Assembly: GCA_040756535.1 (NCBI GenBank)
Contig: JBFLZA010000001.1
Span: 1 to 51,783, forward strand
DNA length: 51,783 bases
From: Cyanobacteriota bacterium
GTDB taxonomy: Bacteria; Cyanobacteriota; Cyanobacteriia; Cyanobacteriales; Coleofasciculaceae
Reading direction: 5' to 3'
In this document: piece after piece, positions 9,371-18,433 of the stretch
How the letters are laid out: each line of letters opens with the position of its first letter
Numbering within the stretch: the stretch's first letter is position 1
Made by a program: the position numbers and the translations under genes
The notes under the pieces: generated by a model
Told to the model about the DNA's origin: nothing
What the model saw: only the letters and a program-made list of their open reading frames with translations
The model's database searches: none

Positions 9371-12300
9371 TTGTTGTACCCGGCTCCTCGTAGGAGCCTC
9401 TGGATGCCATCTACATTCCGCCCTCTTAAAAGAAATTGTCCGATTTGCTCCGGCGCTCGTCGCGATTGCCGAGAGAACACCCAAAATCATCTGATTCACT
9501 GCCGCCACGATGTTGGAGAAGTCCCTGGCTACAAATATGTCGGAGAAGATAAGCACGGCTTCTTCATGTGGGCTGTCGATGACGGGAGCGATCGCTCACT
9601 CGAAGAGTTAGAACTCAAAAGACGCGAAAGAGAAGCCTTAAAGCAGCGACGACTCCAACAAGAACAAGATAGGCTGTCCCAGCTACTTTCTCCTTCAGAG
9701 CGAGATATCCAAATCAGAAAGCTTTTAGCTCAACTGGGATTAAAGGCTGCCCACAGAGCCGACTTGCACCAACGCGGCTTAACCGACTCTCAAATCGAAG
9801 CTGGACTGTTTCGCTCGGTCGAACCTTGGCAAAAGCTTGATAGAGAAATTAGCCACAGATTAGCTGGTATTAATATTATAGGGAGCGGACTAACAACACC
9901 TCACTCCGGTTATCTCTGCCCAATTTGGAACCCTGAGGGGCAGATAATTGGATGGCAGTTGCGGTTAGACAAAACTGAAGATGGCGGCAAGTACCGCTGG
10001 TCTACCAGTGCCAGTAAAAAACGCCCAAACGGACCAACTGCCCATTTGCCCAATGGTGAGTTACCCCTCACCTGCTGCCATCCCCTTGAGGGTAAACCCC
10101 AAATCCTGGCCATTGGACTTATTGAAGGCGTCGGACCCAAACCCTTCATCACCGCTATTGTGCGATCGCAAATCATCATTGGGGCAGCTGGGGGGAACTT
10201 CGCTGCCAGCCCAGAAACCCTAAAAGCCTACCTCGATACCTTATCAGCCGAACTAGGGACACAACAGCTCACCCTCTATCCCGATGCTGGTGCCATCAGT
10301 AACAGCCATGTGATGCGACAATATCGGCGGCTTAAAGATCTGGTTGCTCGCTGGGGCTACACCCTCCGCGTGGCATGGTGGAACCAAATTGACAAAGATA
10401 CCGATTTAGACGCCGACGAACTGCTGGCAGCAGGCAGGGGAGAGGAGATTGAAGAAATTACATGGGCTGAGTTTGAGGCTCACGCTCATAACCCTCATCG
10501 AATTTACCAGGAAATTGTCAATCTTTTCCAGAAGACAAAATCATTCATCCAGCACAGCGTTGTTGGCTTTGGCAAAGTCCCACAACGCCAGGAGGTGCAA
10601 CCCTTACAAAAACCCACTTCGGTTAACGGACACGAGCCAGCTCAACCCAAGACTCCCTTCCCTTCATCAGGTACTCTCAGCTATGTTCCCGGTCAGCTAC
10701 CGACACCACAAGAATATCAGGATATGGGTTGTCCCAGGATAATTTTCCAAGATGGACAGCGCCTGCAAGTCTGGCAAGAAGCCGTAACGAAAGGTTGGAA
10801 GCATATCTTAGATAAGTCAGCACCGGGGTTGGGTAAATCACACGCCGCAGGAATTGCTTTACCCGATGCCTTTGCAGTGGAGAAGTTGTGGTATTTTGCT
10901 CTAGACCACAGGAATCCCACCACTGGCGTCATTGAGCAGAACTACACGGATTTGCCTGTGCGAAATGCTGGAATGAAGATTGACCCTAGCCGTAAAACGC
11001 CACTAGGGAATAACGTTGTGATATGGCCTAAGCCGGGTGAGGAACCGGACATCCCAGGGAACTGCCATAGAGCACCGTTGTTTGCACTGATGCGAGACAA
11101 CAATATCAAAGGTGTTGAGAGTTCGCAAGAGTCGCCTATCTGTACTGGGTGTAAGCTGAACCATCTTTGCAAGGGTGCGTCAGGAGCGGGGTACGGATTT
11201 AGGAGCCAACGCAAACATGCGCTGAAATCATCTCGCAACCGTGCTCACCCCGACTCTGCACCAACGCCGATTGAGTTCCCTTACGAGAAAAACGGGGCGT
11301 TCTGGGATGAAGCGGGAACGCTGATTCAGCCGATGGAAAGCGTCACGGCTACCCTTGCAGACTTTGAACGGGTGATGGGGGAACTGGCAAGCATTGCACC
11401 GGAGTTACATTCGTTGCTCAAACCGCTGGCGCTTGAACTCAAACCGTTGTTTAACCAACAACTCAAGCCTCCCTCTCGGTATGGCTTTGATGATGCGGCT
11501 ATCCGGGCATTGCTACCGGAAAAGCCAGAAAACCTGACGCAGATTATCCAGCAGTTAGAGACAATTTTACAGCCCGACTTCGACTTTATCCAGCAACCCG
11601 ACAGCATTGATTTTGATAAAAGTATTTCTCACCCGATGCGTCGGTTGGTGCGAGAGCATTTTGCTAAAAACGCTTATCGGGAAGCTGCAACCGGACTGGA
11701 AAATGTTCTCCTTAACTGGTTCGTACCATTCCTTAAAGTGTGGAATGGCTTCCCCGGAGCGCTGCGGTGCGAGAAAGGTCGCTTAACCATTTTCAGCAGA
11801 AGCACTCGTCATACCCATGTGATTAAGTCATTGAAGTTTAACATTTATCTTGACGCTACGATATCAGCAGAACGATTGGGGCTGCTTGTGGGTATCGCTC
11901 CAGAAGAAATCCTGGCGATCGAACAATGGCATTGCGATCGCAACAATCTCAGGATTGTTCAAATCACTGGGATGGGCAAATTGGGCAAGGAGCGGTCTAA
12001 TGGACTTCAAATACGGGTACAAGCGCTCAGGACTGAGTTATTGCGGCGTCACCCTGATATTGCTTTTGGCGATTGGAAAGCTCAAGCAGAAGAAGGGGAC
12101 GGGCAATGGTTTGTTAATTTGCGCGGCTCAAATGAGTTTCAAAATCGCTCTGCCCTGGCTGTATTTGGCATCCCCTACCAGAACATTGGTTATCTACAAG
12201 CCCTCTACCAGACGCTTACAGGCTGTTATGCTTCGCTGAATGAGGAATTACTCCTAGAAGGCTTACAACGCTTTATAGATGCTCATGTAGAGGCAGATAT

Positions 12301-12901
12301 AGAGCAAGCTATGGAGAGGTTGCGATCGCTTATTCGCCCGGATGAACAACTTACCTTCTACTTTGTGGGTGACTATGACTTGAGTTTCCTGGGTATGCCT
12401 GTCGAGCAGATAGAGGCTTTTCTGATTGCTCCTGAGGCTGGTACTGCTGCTCAAATCACCCGCTGGAAAATTCAAGAGGCTTTTGGGCAGCTAACCCTAA
12501 GCGGGGAGAAAATCACCCAACAGAAACTGGCGCTTGAAGCCAACGTCACCCAAGGGAGATTGAGCCAGATTGCGGCTGAGTTTGGCGGTTGGGGAGTCCT
12601 CAAAAAAATATTAGCAGCACTATTAGATGGCTTTAATAGCACCACTAATAATTTTTCGGGTTTGTCTGAGGAAGAAAGATGGCTAGCCCAGACTTACTTA
12701 CCGTTGGTTGTTAACGAGATGCACATAGAGGCACTCTCTGAAATTGGGATTGCTGTGAAAGCTTATGGAGTTAAAGGCTTTTTGAGGATTCTTCAGTCCT
12801 GTTCCCTTCCCACTCAAGTTCGACTCTTGAGCCGAATATTTGAGGAGATGCCGGAGGGAGTGCAACAGGAATTGAGGGAGGTGGCGATGGGGAGTGCTTG
12901 A
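9371..12901 (+). CDS. large plasmid-type replication protein (zinc finger, Toprim/DUF3854-like primase region, P-loop helicase; CyRepA-like)
   Basis: CPICSGARRDCREN...HCRH zinc finger. LIEGVGPKPF...GAAGGNF Toprim-like region. Walker A SAPGLGKSHAAG and FWDEAG Walker B-like motif. AAGGAGG sits about 9 nt upstream of the TTG at 9371; an alternative ATG is at 9404. It lies directly downstream of the iterons. Confidence 0.7.
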   Translation: MLYPAPRRSLWMPSTFRPLKRNCPICSGARRDCRENTQNHLIHCRHDVGEVPGYKYVGEDKHGFFMWAVDDGSDRSLEELELKRREREALKQRRLQQEQDRLSQLLSPSERDIQIRKLLAQLGLKAAHRADLHQRGLTDSQIEAGLFRSVEPWQKLDREISHRLAGINIIGSGLTTPHSGYLCPIWNPEGQIIGWQLRLDKTEDGGKYRWSTSASKKRPNGPTAHLPNGELPLTCCHPLEGKPQILAIGLIEGVGPKPFITAIVRSQIIIGAAGGNFAASPETLKAYLDTLSAELGTQQLTLYPDAGAISNSHVMRQYRRLKDLVARWGYTLRVAWWNQIDKDTDLDADELLAAGRGEEIEEITWAEFEAHAHNPHRIYQEIVNLFQKTKSFIQHSVVGFGKVPQRQEVQPLQKPTSVNGHEPAQPKTPFPSSGTLSYVPGQLPTPQEYQDMGCPRIIFQDGQRLQVWQEAVTKGWKHILDKSAPGLGKSHAAGIALPDAFAVEKLWYFALDHRNPTTGVIEQNYTDLPVRNAGMKIDPSRKTPLGNNVVIWPKPGEEPDIPGNCHRAPLFALMRDNNIKGVESSQESPICTGCKLNHLCKGASGAGYGFRSQRKHALKSSRNRAHPDSAPTPIEFPYEKNGAFWDEAGTLIQPMESVTATLADFERVMGELASIAPELHSLLKPLALELKPLFNQQLKPPSRYGFDDAAIRALLPEKPENLTQIIQQLETILQPDFDFIQQPDSIDFDKSISHPMRRLVREHFAKNAYREAATGLENVLLNWFVPFLKVWNGFPGALRCEKGRLTIFSRSTRHTHVIKSLKFNIYLDATISAERLGLLVGIAPEEILAIEQWHCDRNNLRIVQITGMGKLGKERSNGLQIRVQALRTELLRRHPDIAFGDWKAQAEEGDGQWFVNLRGSNEFQNRSALAVFGIPYQNIGYLQALYQTLTGCYASLNEELLLEGLQRFIDAHVEADIEQAMERLRSLIRPDEQLTFYFVGDYDLSFLGMPVEQIEAFLIAPEAGTAAQITRWKIQEAFGQLTLSGEKITQQKLALEANVTQGRLSQIAAEFGGWGVLKKILAALLDGFNSTTNNFSGLSEEERWLAQTYLPLVVNEMHIEALSEIGIAVKAYGVKGFLRILQSCSLPTQVRLLSRIFEEMPEGVQQELREVAMGSA

Positions 12902-12994
12902 AGCTTTTTGATTGATGCGATCGCACAAAGTAAAGTGTCACATAACTAAAATTAGAGGAGATGACCAGTCAGGCTGATTGTTACCAGAGATTTT

Positions 12995-13729
12995 GTGGAA
13001 CTCAATCCTAAACAGCCATCCTCTGACCTAGCTAATATACCTCCAGTAATGCCAGCGTGCTGGACAACAGCCCGTCGAGAGATACGTGCTTGGTTGCACG
13101 AACAGTCTCCGTCTTTAGCAGAGTTATATGAGAGTGCAGTGAGTTTAACATTTGAAGTCCAGCTTCCCGGTCAGGTTCGACTTGTTGCTCATTGTCTTCG
13201 TGAAATCTGCAATCGATTACCTGATCGTGTGGTCGTACTTGATAAAAAGGGTAGTCGAGTGGATTATGTCAAAGAAATGGATGAAATTGCAGATATTTGG
13301 CAGAAAAATGGTTTCAAGCTAGATGGAACAATTCCCAACTCTGGAATTAGTTCTGGGGTCAGTCTTCCTTCCTCCTCGCCCGATATCATAATCCCCCGTG
13401 AGCTTTTTCTTCCCATTGCAGAACTACTCAAAGAACATGTGGAGAAAAGTTCCACACTTGAACGCAGAGCAATTCACTTTTTTGAAAAGTGTATTCCTGA
13501 CAATCAGCCTTATCCCGACAGGCTGTTTCCCATAGCAAAGCAATGGAAAGATCTCACGAATTGGCTTGCAAAGAAAGCACACGATAATGGTACAGTCGAT
13601 GCCGACTACGATGAGCAGGAACTCCTGTCTAGATTTGAATTGTTCGAGTCGTTTCTTAGCCCATTGGCTCGAAGTTTCTATAGCACTACAGATGAACTCG
13701 ATGAAATCTTGGAAGACACCAACTCCTGA
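12995..13729 (+). CDS. hypothetical protein
   Basis: 244 aa ORF with a GTG start and no recognisable motif. Its 3' end overlaps the next ORF by 29 nt. Confidence 0.5.
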   Translation: MELNPKQPSSDLANIPPVMPACWTTARREIRAWLHEQSPSLAELYESAVSLTFEVQLPGQVRLVAHCLREICNRLPDRVVVLDKKGSRVDYVKEMDEIADIWQKNGFKLDGTIPNSGISSGVSLPSSSPDIIIPRELFLPIAELLKEHVEKSSTLERRAIHFFEKCIPDNQPYPDRLFPIAKQWKDLTNWLAKKAHDNGTVDADYDEQELLSRFELFESFLSPLARSFYSTTDELDEILEDTNS

Positions 13730-16676
13730 ACAAGTTGAGAAAGCCATAGCCCTGATTGTTCACCCTCAGCAAAGCTCTTACTTTTTCAACCATCTCCAAA
13801 ATCCTAAGTGGATTTCCCCATTAAAGAAAAGAGATGTCTTTAAAAATCCTCCCCAAGCCATTCGTGATTCCAGCGAGGGTACTGTCAGCTTCCCAGCTTG
13901 GGCTGAGTCGAGTTATCTAGCGCGAATGGCTCAACACGAACCGAAAGCAGTTTTAGAAATTGCCATTCATACAGAAACCGAAAATCCCAGAATCCACAGA
14001 GATTTTGTTGAAGCTGCACTTCAGATGCCTCCTGAAGAAGCGATGAAAATGGTTGCTAAAGTTAAGACTTGGATCGAGTCCCCTTACTCGTCATTTGCCC
14101 TTCTGCCAGACAAAGTTGGCGCTCTTATTGTGCATCTTGCTAAGGGAGGTCAAGTTAAAAAAGCACTTGAACTAGCTCGGTCACTGCTCGCAGTTATGCC
14201 AGACTCTAGAGCAGAAAATGTAGAAGCCAACGAAGACCGAGTTTACCGTCCTCGTCCCAAACCGCGAACACATCTAGATAACGGGTCTCATAGCTGGCAA
14301 TACGAACGGATACTCAAAAAGTACGTACCAGAGTTGGTGACAATAGCGGGTGAATCTGCACTGAAGATGCTTGGTTACCTGCTCTATGATGCAGTTAAGT
14401 TTTCTCAATACCCTGGAGAAGGAGAGGAACAACAAGAAGACTCCTCTATCTGGGATGATGGGTCAATTTACTGGCGACCTGTAATTGAGAAGCATCCCCG
14501 AAACGACCATCCTTATGAAGTCAAAGAACTTTTGGCAATTGCAGTCCGGGATGCAGCAGAGCAGATTGTAGAAAGTGATCGAGCAAAGATGCGATCGCTA
14601 ATCCTAATGCTGGAAAAATGGCGCTGGCGAATCTTTCATCGCATTGCACTTTACCTGATTCGTAAGTATCCAGACACTGACCGCAATCTTCTCACTGAGA
14701 GATTAGTTGATCAGAAGCGTTTTAGCAATTCCAGTAGTTACGAAGATTATGAATATGTTTTCTTAGCTAAAGAGTATTTTGGCGACTTCCCAGAAGAAGA
14801 ACAAGAAAAAATCTTGGGTTGGATTGAAAATCCTAATCTAGACTTGTCTTGGTGGAAAGATCCAGAGAGAAGAACACAATGGGTGAAATATTGGCAGCTA
14901 AACAAACTGACTCCAATAAAGGATAGTCTTCCAGCCAAGTGGCAACAGCGATATCAGCAACTAGTCAATGAGTGTGGCACTATTGTTGAACTTCCCAATA
15001 TTGTTTTTGGTGGGGTAGGTGGCATAAGAGAATTAGGCATTGAGAGTCCTAAGACTTACTCAGAATTGGAGTCTATGAGTATTGAAGAGTTAGTCTCCTT
15101 CTTAAGGACATGGCAGCCTGACTCTAGAGACCCTTTTGAGCCTGGTTCATCAATTTCAGGAGTAGGATTTCAACTGTCGAGACTGGCAGAACAAAATCCC
15201 GAACGCTTTGCACTGGCAGCCGAACAGTTCAAAGAATTGCGCCTAACGTATTGTTGGAACCTAGTGCGAGGACTACGCAGTGCGCTAGCTAACAACAAAG
15301 GGCAAGAAGGAGAACTCAGAGAATTTTCTTGGTCATCGGTTCTAACGCTCTGTAGTTGGATAGTACAGAAATCTCAACCAAGTCCTGAGTGTGAGACAAT
15401 TGATGATAGCCGTGATTCAGATTTACGTGAAGCTCGTAGAGCAATAGCAGATTTACTAAGAGTTGGTTTTACTATTGAAGGCAACAGTAAAATTCCATTC
15501 CATCTTCGTAGTAAAGTTTGGGATACATTAGAACCTCTCACTCACGATCCAGATCCCACGCCTAAACAAGAGAAGAGTTACAGTACCTCAACTGATAAAT
15601 CACCTAGAGATTTGAGTAATCTTTCAATTAATACTGTTCGCGGTGAAGCCATGCATACAGTAGTACGCTACGCTCTCTGGCTTCGACGATACTTTGAGCA
15701 ATTGCCTGATGGCTCAGAACTAATTAAGAAAGGGTTTGACGAGATGCCAGAAGTTCGACAAGTACTTGACGAGCATCTTGACATAGACCAAGAGCCATCT
15801 CTAGCAATTCGCTCAGTCTATGGACAATGGTTTCCTTGGCTCATGCTGTTAGATGGAAATTGGGCAACTCAAAATGTGGCAAAGATTTTCCCGCATGATG
15901 AGGCTTTGAGCGACCTACGCAGCGCTGCTTGGGAAAGCTACATCAGATATTGCTCTGTCTATGACAATGTCTTCGACTTACTACAGGAAGAATACAGCTA
16001 TGCCGTTGAACGGAGTAACACAGCCTGTAGTAAGAAACAACAACTGACAGAACTGGAGGAAGGTCTTGCCGAACACCTAATGACCTTCTACTGGCGTGGA
16101 AAGCTCCGTTTCGATGAACCGAGGGGCTTGCTAACACTGTTCTATACCGAAGTTCCTGATGTTCTTCGAGGCTATGCTCTCAAATTCGTAGGACGAAGTC
16201 TGCGTAACACAGAAGATGCTATAGAACCCCAAATTCTTAACCGACTTCAGTTGCTTTGGGAAAGACGGCTTGAGGCAGCACGCGCAGCAACGCTACCCAC
16301 TTCGTATATTAATGAGCTTGCTGCCTTTGGCTGGTGGTTTGCCTCAGCGAAGTTTGACGACTCTTGGGCAATTGCTCAGCTCAAAGAGGTTCTTCAGCTT
16401 ATCGGTCAGGTAGAGCCTGACTTCCTGATATTTGAGCGCTTAGCTGCACTTGCGGATAAAATGCCAGAGTCAACTGTTGAGTGCCTCAAACTGATTATCG
16501 AAAAAGACAAGAACGGATTGGGTATTTATGGCAGTGATGATGAGGTAAAAACCATCCTTGCTACTGCTATTCAGGGGAGCAGCGATACAGCGAGACAGAC
16601 TGCCATAGAACTTATTAACCGTTTAGGTCAGTGTGGCAACTGGGAGTTTCGGGAGCTGCTTTCTATCGAGAGCTAA
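13701..16676 (+). CDS. large hypothetical, apparently all-helical protein
   Basis: ORF 13566..16676 trimmed to the in-frame ATG at 13701 (MKSWKTPTPEQVEKAI...), because the upstream extension overlaps the previous gene. About 991 aa. No P-loop or nuclease motif seen by eye. Confidence 0.6.
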   Translation: MKSWKTPTPEQVEKAIALIVHPQQSSYFFNHLQNPKWISPLKKRDVFKNPPQAIRDSSEGTVSFPAWAESSYLARMAQHEPKAVLEIAIHTETENPRIHRDFVEAALQMPPEEAMKMVAKVKTWIESPYSSFALLPDKVGALIVHLAKGGQVKKALELARSLLAVMPDSRAENVEANEDRVYRPRPKPRTHLDNGSHSWQYERILKKYVPELVTIAGESALKMLGYLLYDAVKFSQYPGEGEEQQEDSSIWDDGSIYWRPVIEKHPRNDHPYEVKELLAIAVRDAAEQIVESDRAKMRSLILMLEKWRWRIFHRIALYLIRKYPDTDRNLLTERLVDQKRFSNSSSYEDYEYVFLAKEYFGDFPEEEQEKILGWIENPNLDLSWWKDPERRTQWVKYWQLNKLTPIKDSLPAKWQQRYQQLVNECGTIVELPNIVFGGVGGIRELGIESPKTYSELESMSIEELVSFLRTWQPDSRDPFEPGSSISGVGFQLSRLAEQNPERFALAAEQFKELRLTYCWNLVRGLRSALANNKGQEGELREFSWSSVLTLCSWIVQKSQPSPECETIDDSRDSDLREARRAIADLLRVGFTIEGNSKIPFHLRSKVWDTLEPLTHDPDPTPKQEKSYSTSTDKSPRDLSNLSINTVRGEAMHTVVRYALWLRRYFEQLPDGSELIKKGFDEMPEVRQVLDEHLDIDQEPSLAIRSVYGQWFPWLMLLDGNWATQNVAKIFPHDEALSDLRSAAWESYIRYCSVYDNVFDLLQEEYSYAVERSNTACSKKQQLTELEEGLAEHLMTFYWRGKLRFDEPRGLLTLFYTEVPDVLRGYALKFVGRSLRNTEDAIEPQILNRLQLLWERRLEAARAATLPTSYINELAAFGWWFASAKFDDSWAIAQLKEVLQLIGQVEPDFLIFERLAALADKMPESTVECLKLIIEKDKNGLGIYGSDDEVKTILATAIQGSSDTARQTAIELINRLGQCGNWEFRELLSIES

Positions 16677-16791
16677 TAATTCAGTATAAAACTAACAATA
16701 GAATAGTATGCTCTAGCTCCACCCACAGTAGCTACTTTTCCTACGTTCGCTGGCATCAGGCTTCCTGCCTGGTTTTTCCAGCGAACTTCCC

Positions 16792-18147
16792 TTACTCCAG
16801 AATCTCTGACGAAATCGCCCTTAGTGCATCAAGGGCTAGAGTATTCTTTTGTGTTTGAGCATGACGGGAGTAGATTTTCTGTTGCATTTGCGGGCTATGA
16901 CCCATCAAGTCAGCTAAAGACTCCATCACTTCCACACTCGCTCCAGAATTCATCAGGTGAGCGATCGCCATATCCCGAATCAATTGCGGGTTAAAAGCTT
17001 TCCCAGTCAAGCGGTAAGCTACCTGCTTGAAAAGACCACAGAACGTCTCTGAGGTAAAAGGTTTGCCATTTTTCTGAAAAAACACGAAATTGTGCGTTGG
17101 TTCAAAAACCTGCCGCCAACCACAGCGATTACCCTTTTCATCCACGTAACCCTGCCACACCCCTTCCTCATCTTCATAGCCAAACAACCAAGCCTCTAAC
17201 TCCGGGTAATACCACTGTGGGATTGGTATAACACGCTTTTCCCCCAGTTTTGAGTAAGTCTCACCCGTTTTAAAGTCCTCTGGTCCCAATTCCAGATACC
17301 ACACCTCATCCCGCTTCACCAGCGTGCGTCCCAGTTCCAATTCTCTTACCGTGCGGGGTCGCTCCGGAATTGCACTAAAAAAGGCAAAAATTAAATATCG
17401 TTGAATAGAAGTAGCGATCGCGCTCTTGGAGCGCTGTTGATTGCTCTTACCAATCGGCGTACACTCCGCCTTTAGTTGTTTCACACAATTGAGAAACTCC
17501 GGCCAGTCTATCCACTTTGCAGCGTCATTTGCTACCCTTGGAGTTGTTTTCCCCTGTGCCTGGATATCGCTCATAAGCGATCGCAGTTCCTTGAGCACGG
17601 CTTCCTCCCATCTGGAAGTTTCTCTACGGGAACCGCGCTTTGAAACCTGATGGCTAGAAACAGATTCAAGAAACCTTACTACCCAGACAAGCGCTTTCAC
17701 CACCTGCAATTCGTAACTCGGAGCCACTTCCCGTTCCAGCCTGAGCCATTGCAGATAATCCTCAACATTTGCCATTGGTAAGCAGGTTGGCTTCTCCCGA
17801 AAAGCCTCTTCTGCTCTCAAACCACTCTGAGAAAACAGTTCGCTGAGTCTTAAGTGTGAAAGCGGTACAACCGGAGTGCGGTGACGGTGCATCCATCCTA
17901 GAAGCAGCCGCACCTGAGTGAGATAGTTGTTCGCTGTCACTGCCACGATGGACTTCACACCTCGTGCTTCAACACCAACAGAAGTCATAAACCTGTAAAA
18001 CTCAGCCAACTCCTGCCCTAACTCTGGCGTAATTTCAGCATCCGTCAACCCATAACTAGGCTTATGAGAACGACGTGTAACTCGCCTAGCTTTGAAGTCA
18101 GCTTGATGGGAACTCTGGATGGAAGAGGAGTTGGCTTTGGGATTCAT
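16792..18147 (-). CDS. tyrosine site-specific recombinase (phage integrase family)
   Basis: C-terminal IRDMAIAHLMNSGASVEVMESLADLMGHSPQMQQKIYSRH fits the R..H..R / H-x-x-x-x-x-Y catalytic region. Start trimmed to the ATG at 18147 (MNPKANSS). Confidence 0.8.
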   Translation of the reverse strand: MNPKANSSSIQSSHQADFKARRVTRRSHKPSYGLTDAEITPELGQELAEFYRFMTSVGVEARGVKSIVAVTANNYLTQVRLLLGWMHRHRTPVVPLSHLRLSELFSQSGLRAEEAFREKPTCLPMANVEDYLQWLRLEREVAPSYELQVVKALVWVVRFLESVSSHQVSKRGSRRETSRWEEAVLKELRSLMSDIQAQGKTTPRVANDAAKWIDWPEFLNCVKQLKAECTPIGKSNQQRSKSAIATSIQRYLIFAFFSAIPERPRTVRELELGRTLVKRDEVWYLELGPEDFKTGETYSKLGEKRVIPIPQWYYPELEAWLFGYEDEEGVWQGYVDEKGNRCGWRQVFEPTHNFVFFQKNGKPFTSETFCGLFKQVAYRLTGKAFNPQLIRDMAIAHLMNSGASVEVMESLADLMGHSPQMQQKIYSRHAQTQKNTLALDALRAISSEILE

Positions 18148-18433
18148 GAATTGACAAACGAAACAACAACTCGGAAAGGAAGAGCTCGCTTCATACTCGC
18201 TCCCCACTCTTCCCCTCCAGAAAATCCGATTATTCATCTCTCCCCTACGCCAGAGGAGGGAACTTTTCTGTCTTTATCCTCAAAAAGCATTGTGCCAAAT
18301 CCCTGGCAGCGTTCGCCTCTATTCCCAGGAAAATCAAAAAGATTTTCAAAAAATATCTAATCTCATATAATGGTATTAGTGATATATTGGAACGCTACAC
18401 CGCACTTCTCTCACCAGCCACTAGCGTTAAACC

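Noticed and set aside
9238-9556. Three overlapping 70-90 aa ORFs in the leader and 5' end of the replication gene
   Set aside because: They are mutually overlapping, lie on both strands and have no motif. The region is better explained as the structured leader and N-terminal coding region of the 1176 aa gene.
13566-13700. Longer 1036 aa version of the large hypothetical ORF, starting at 13566
   Set aside because: The extension overlaps the previous gene by 164 nt in another frame. The in-frame ATG at 13701 gives a plausible N-terminus and a short overlap.
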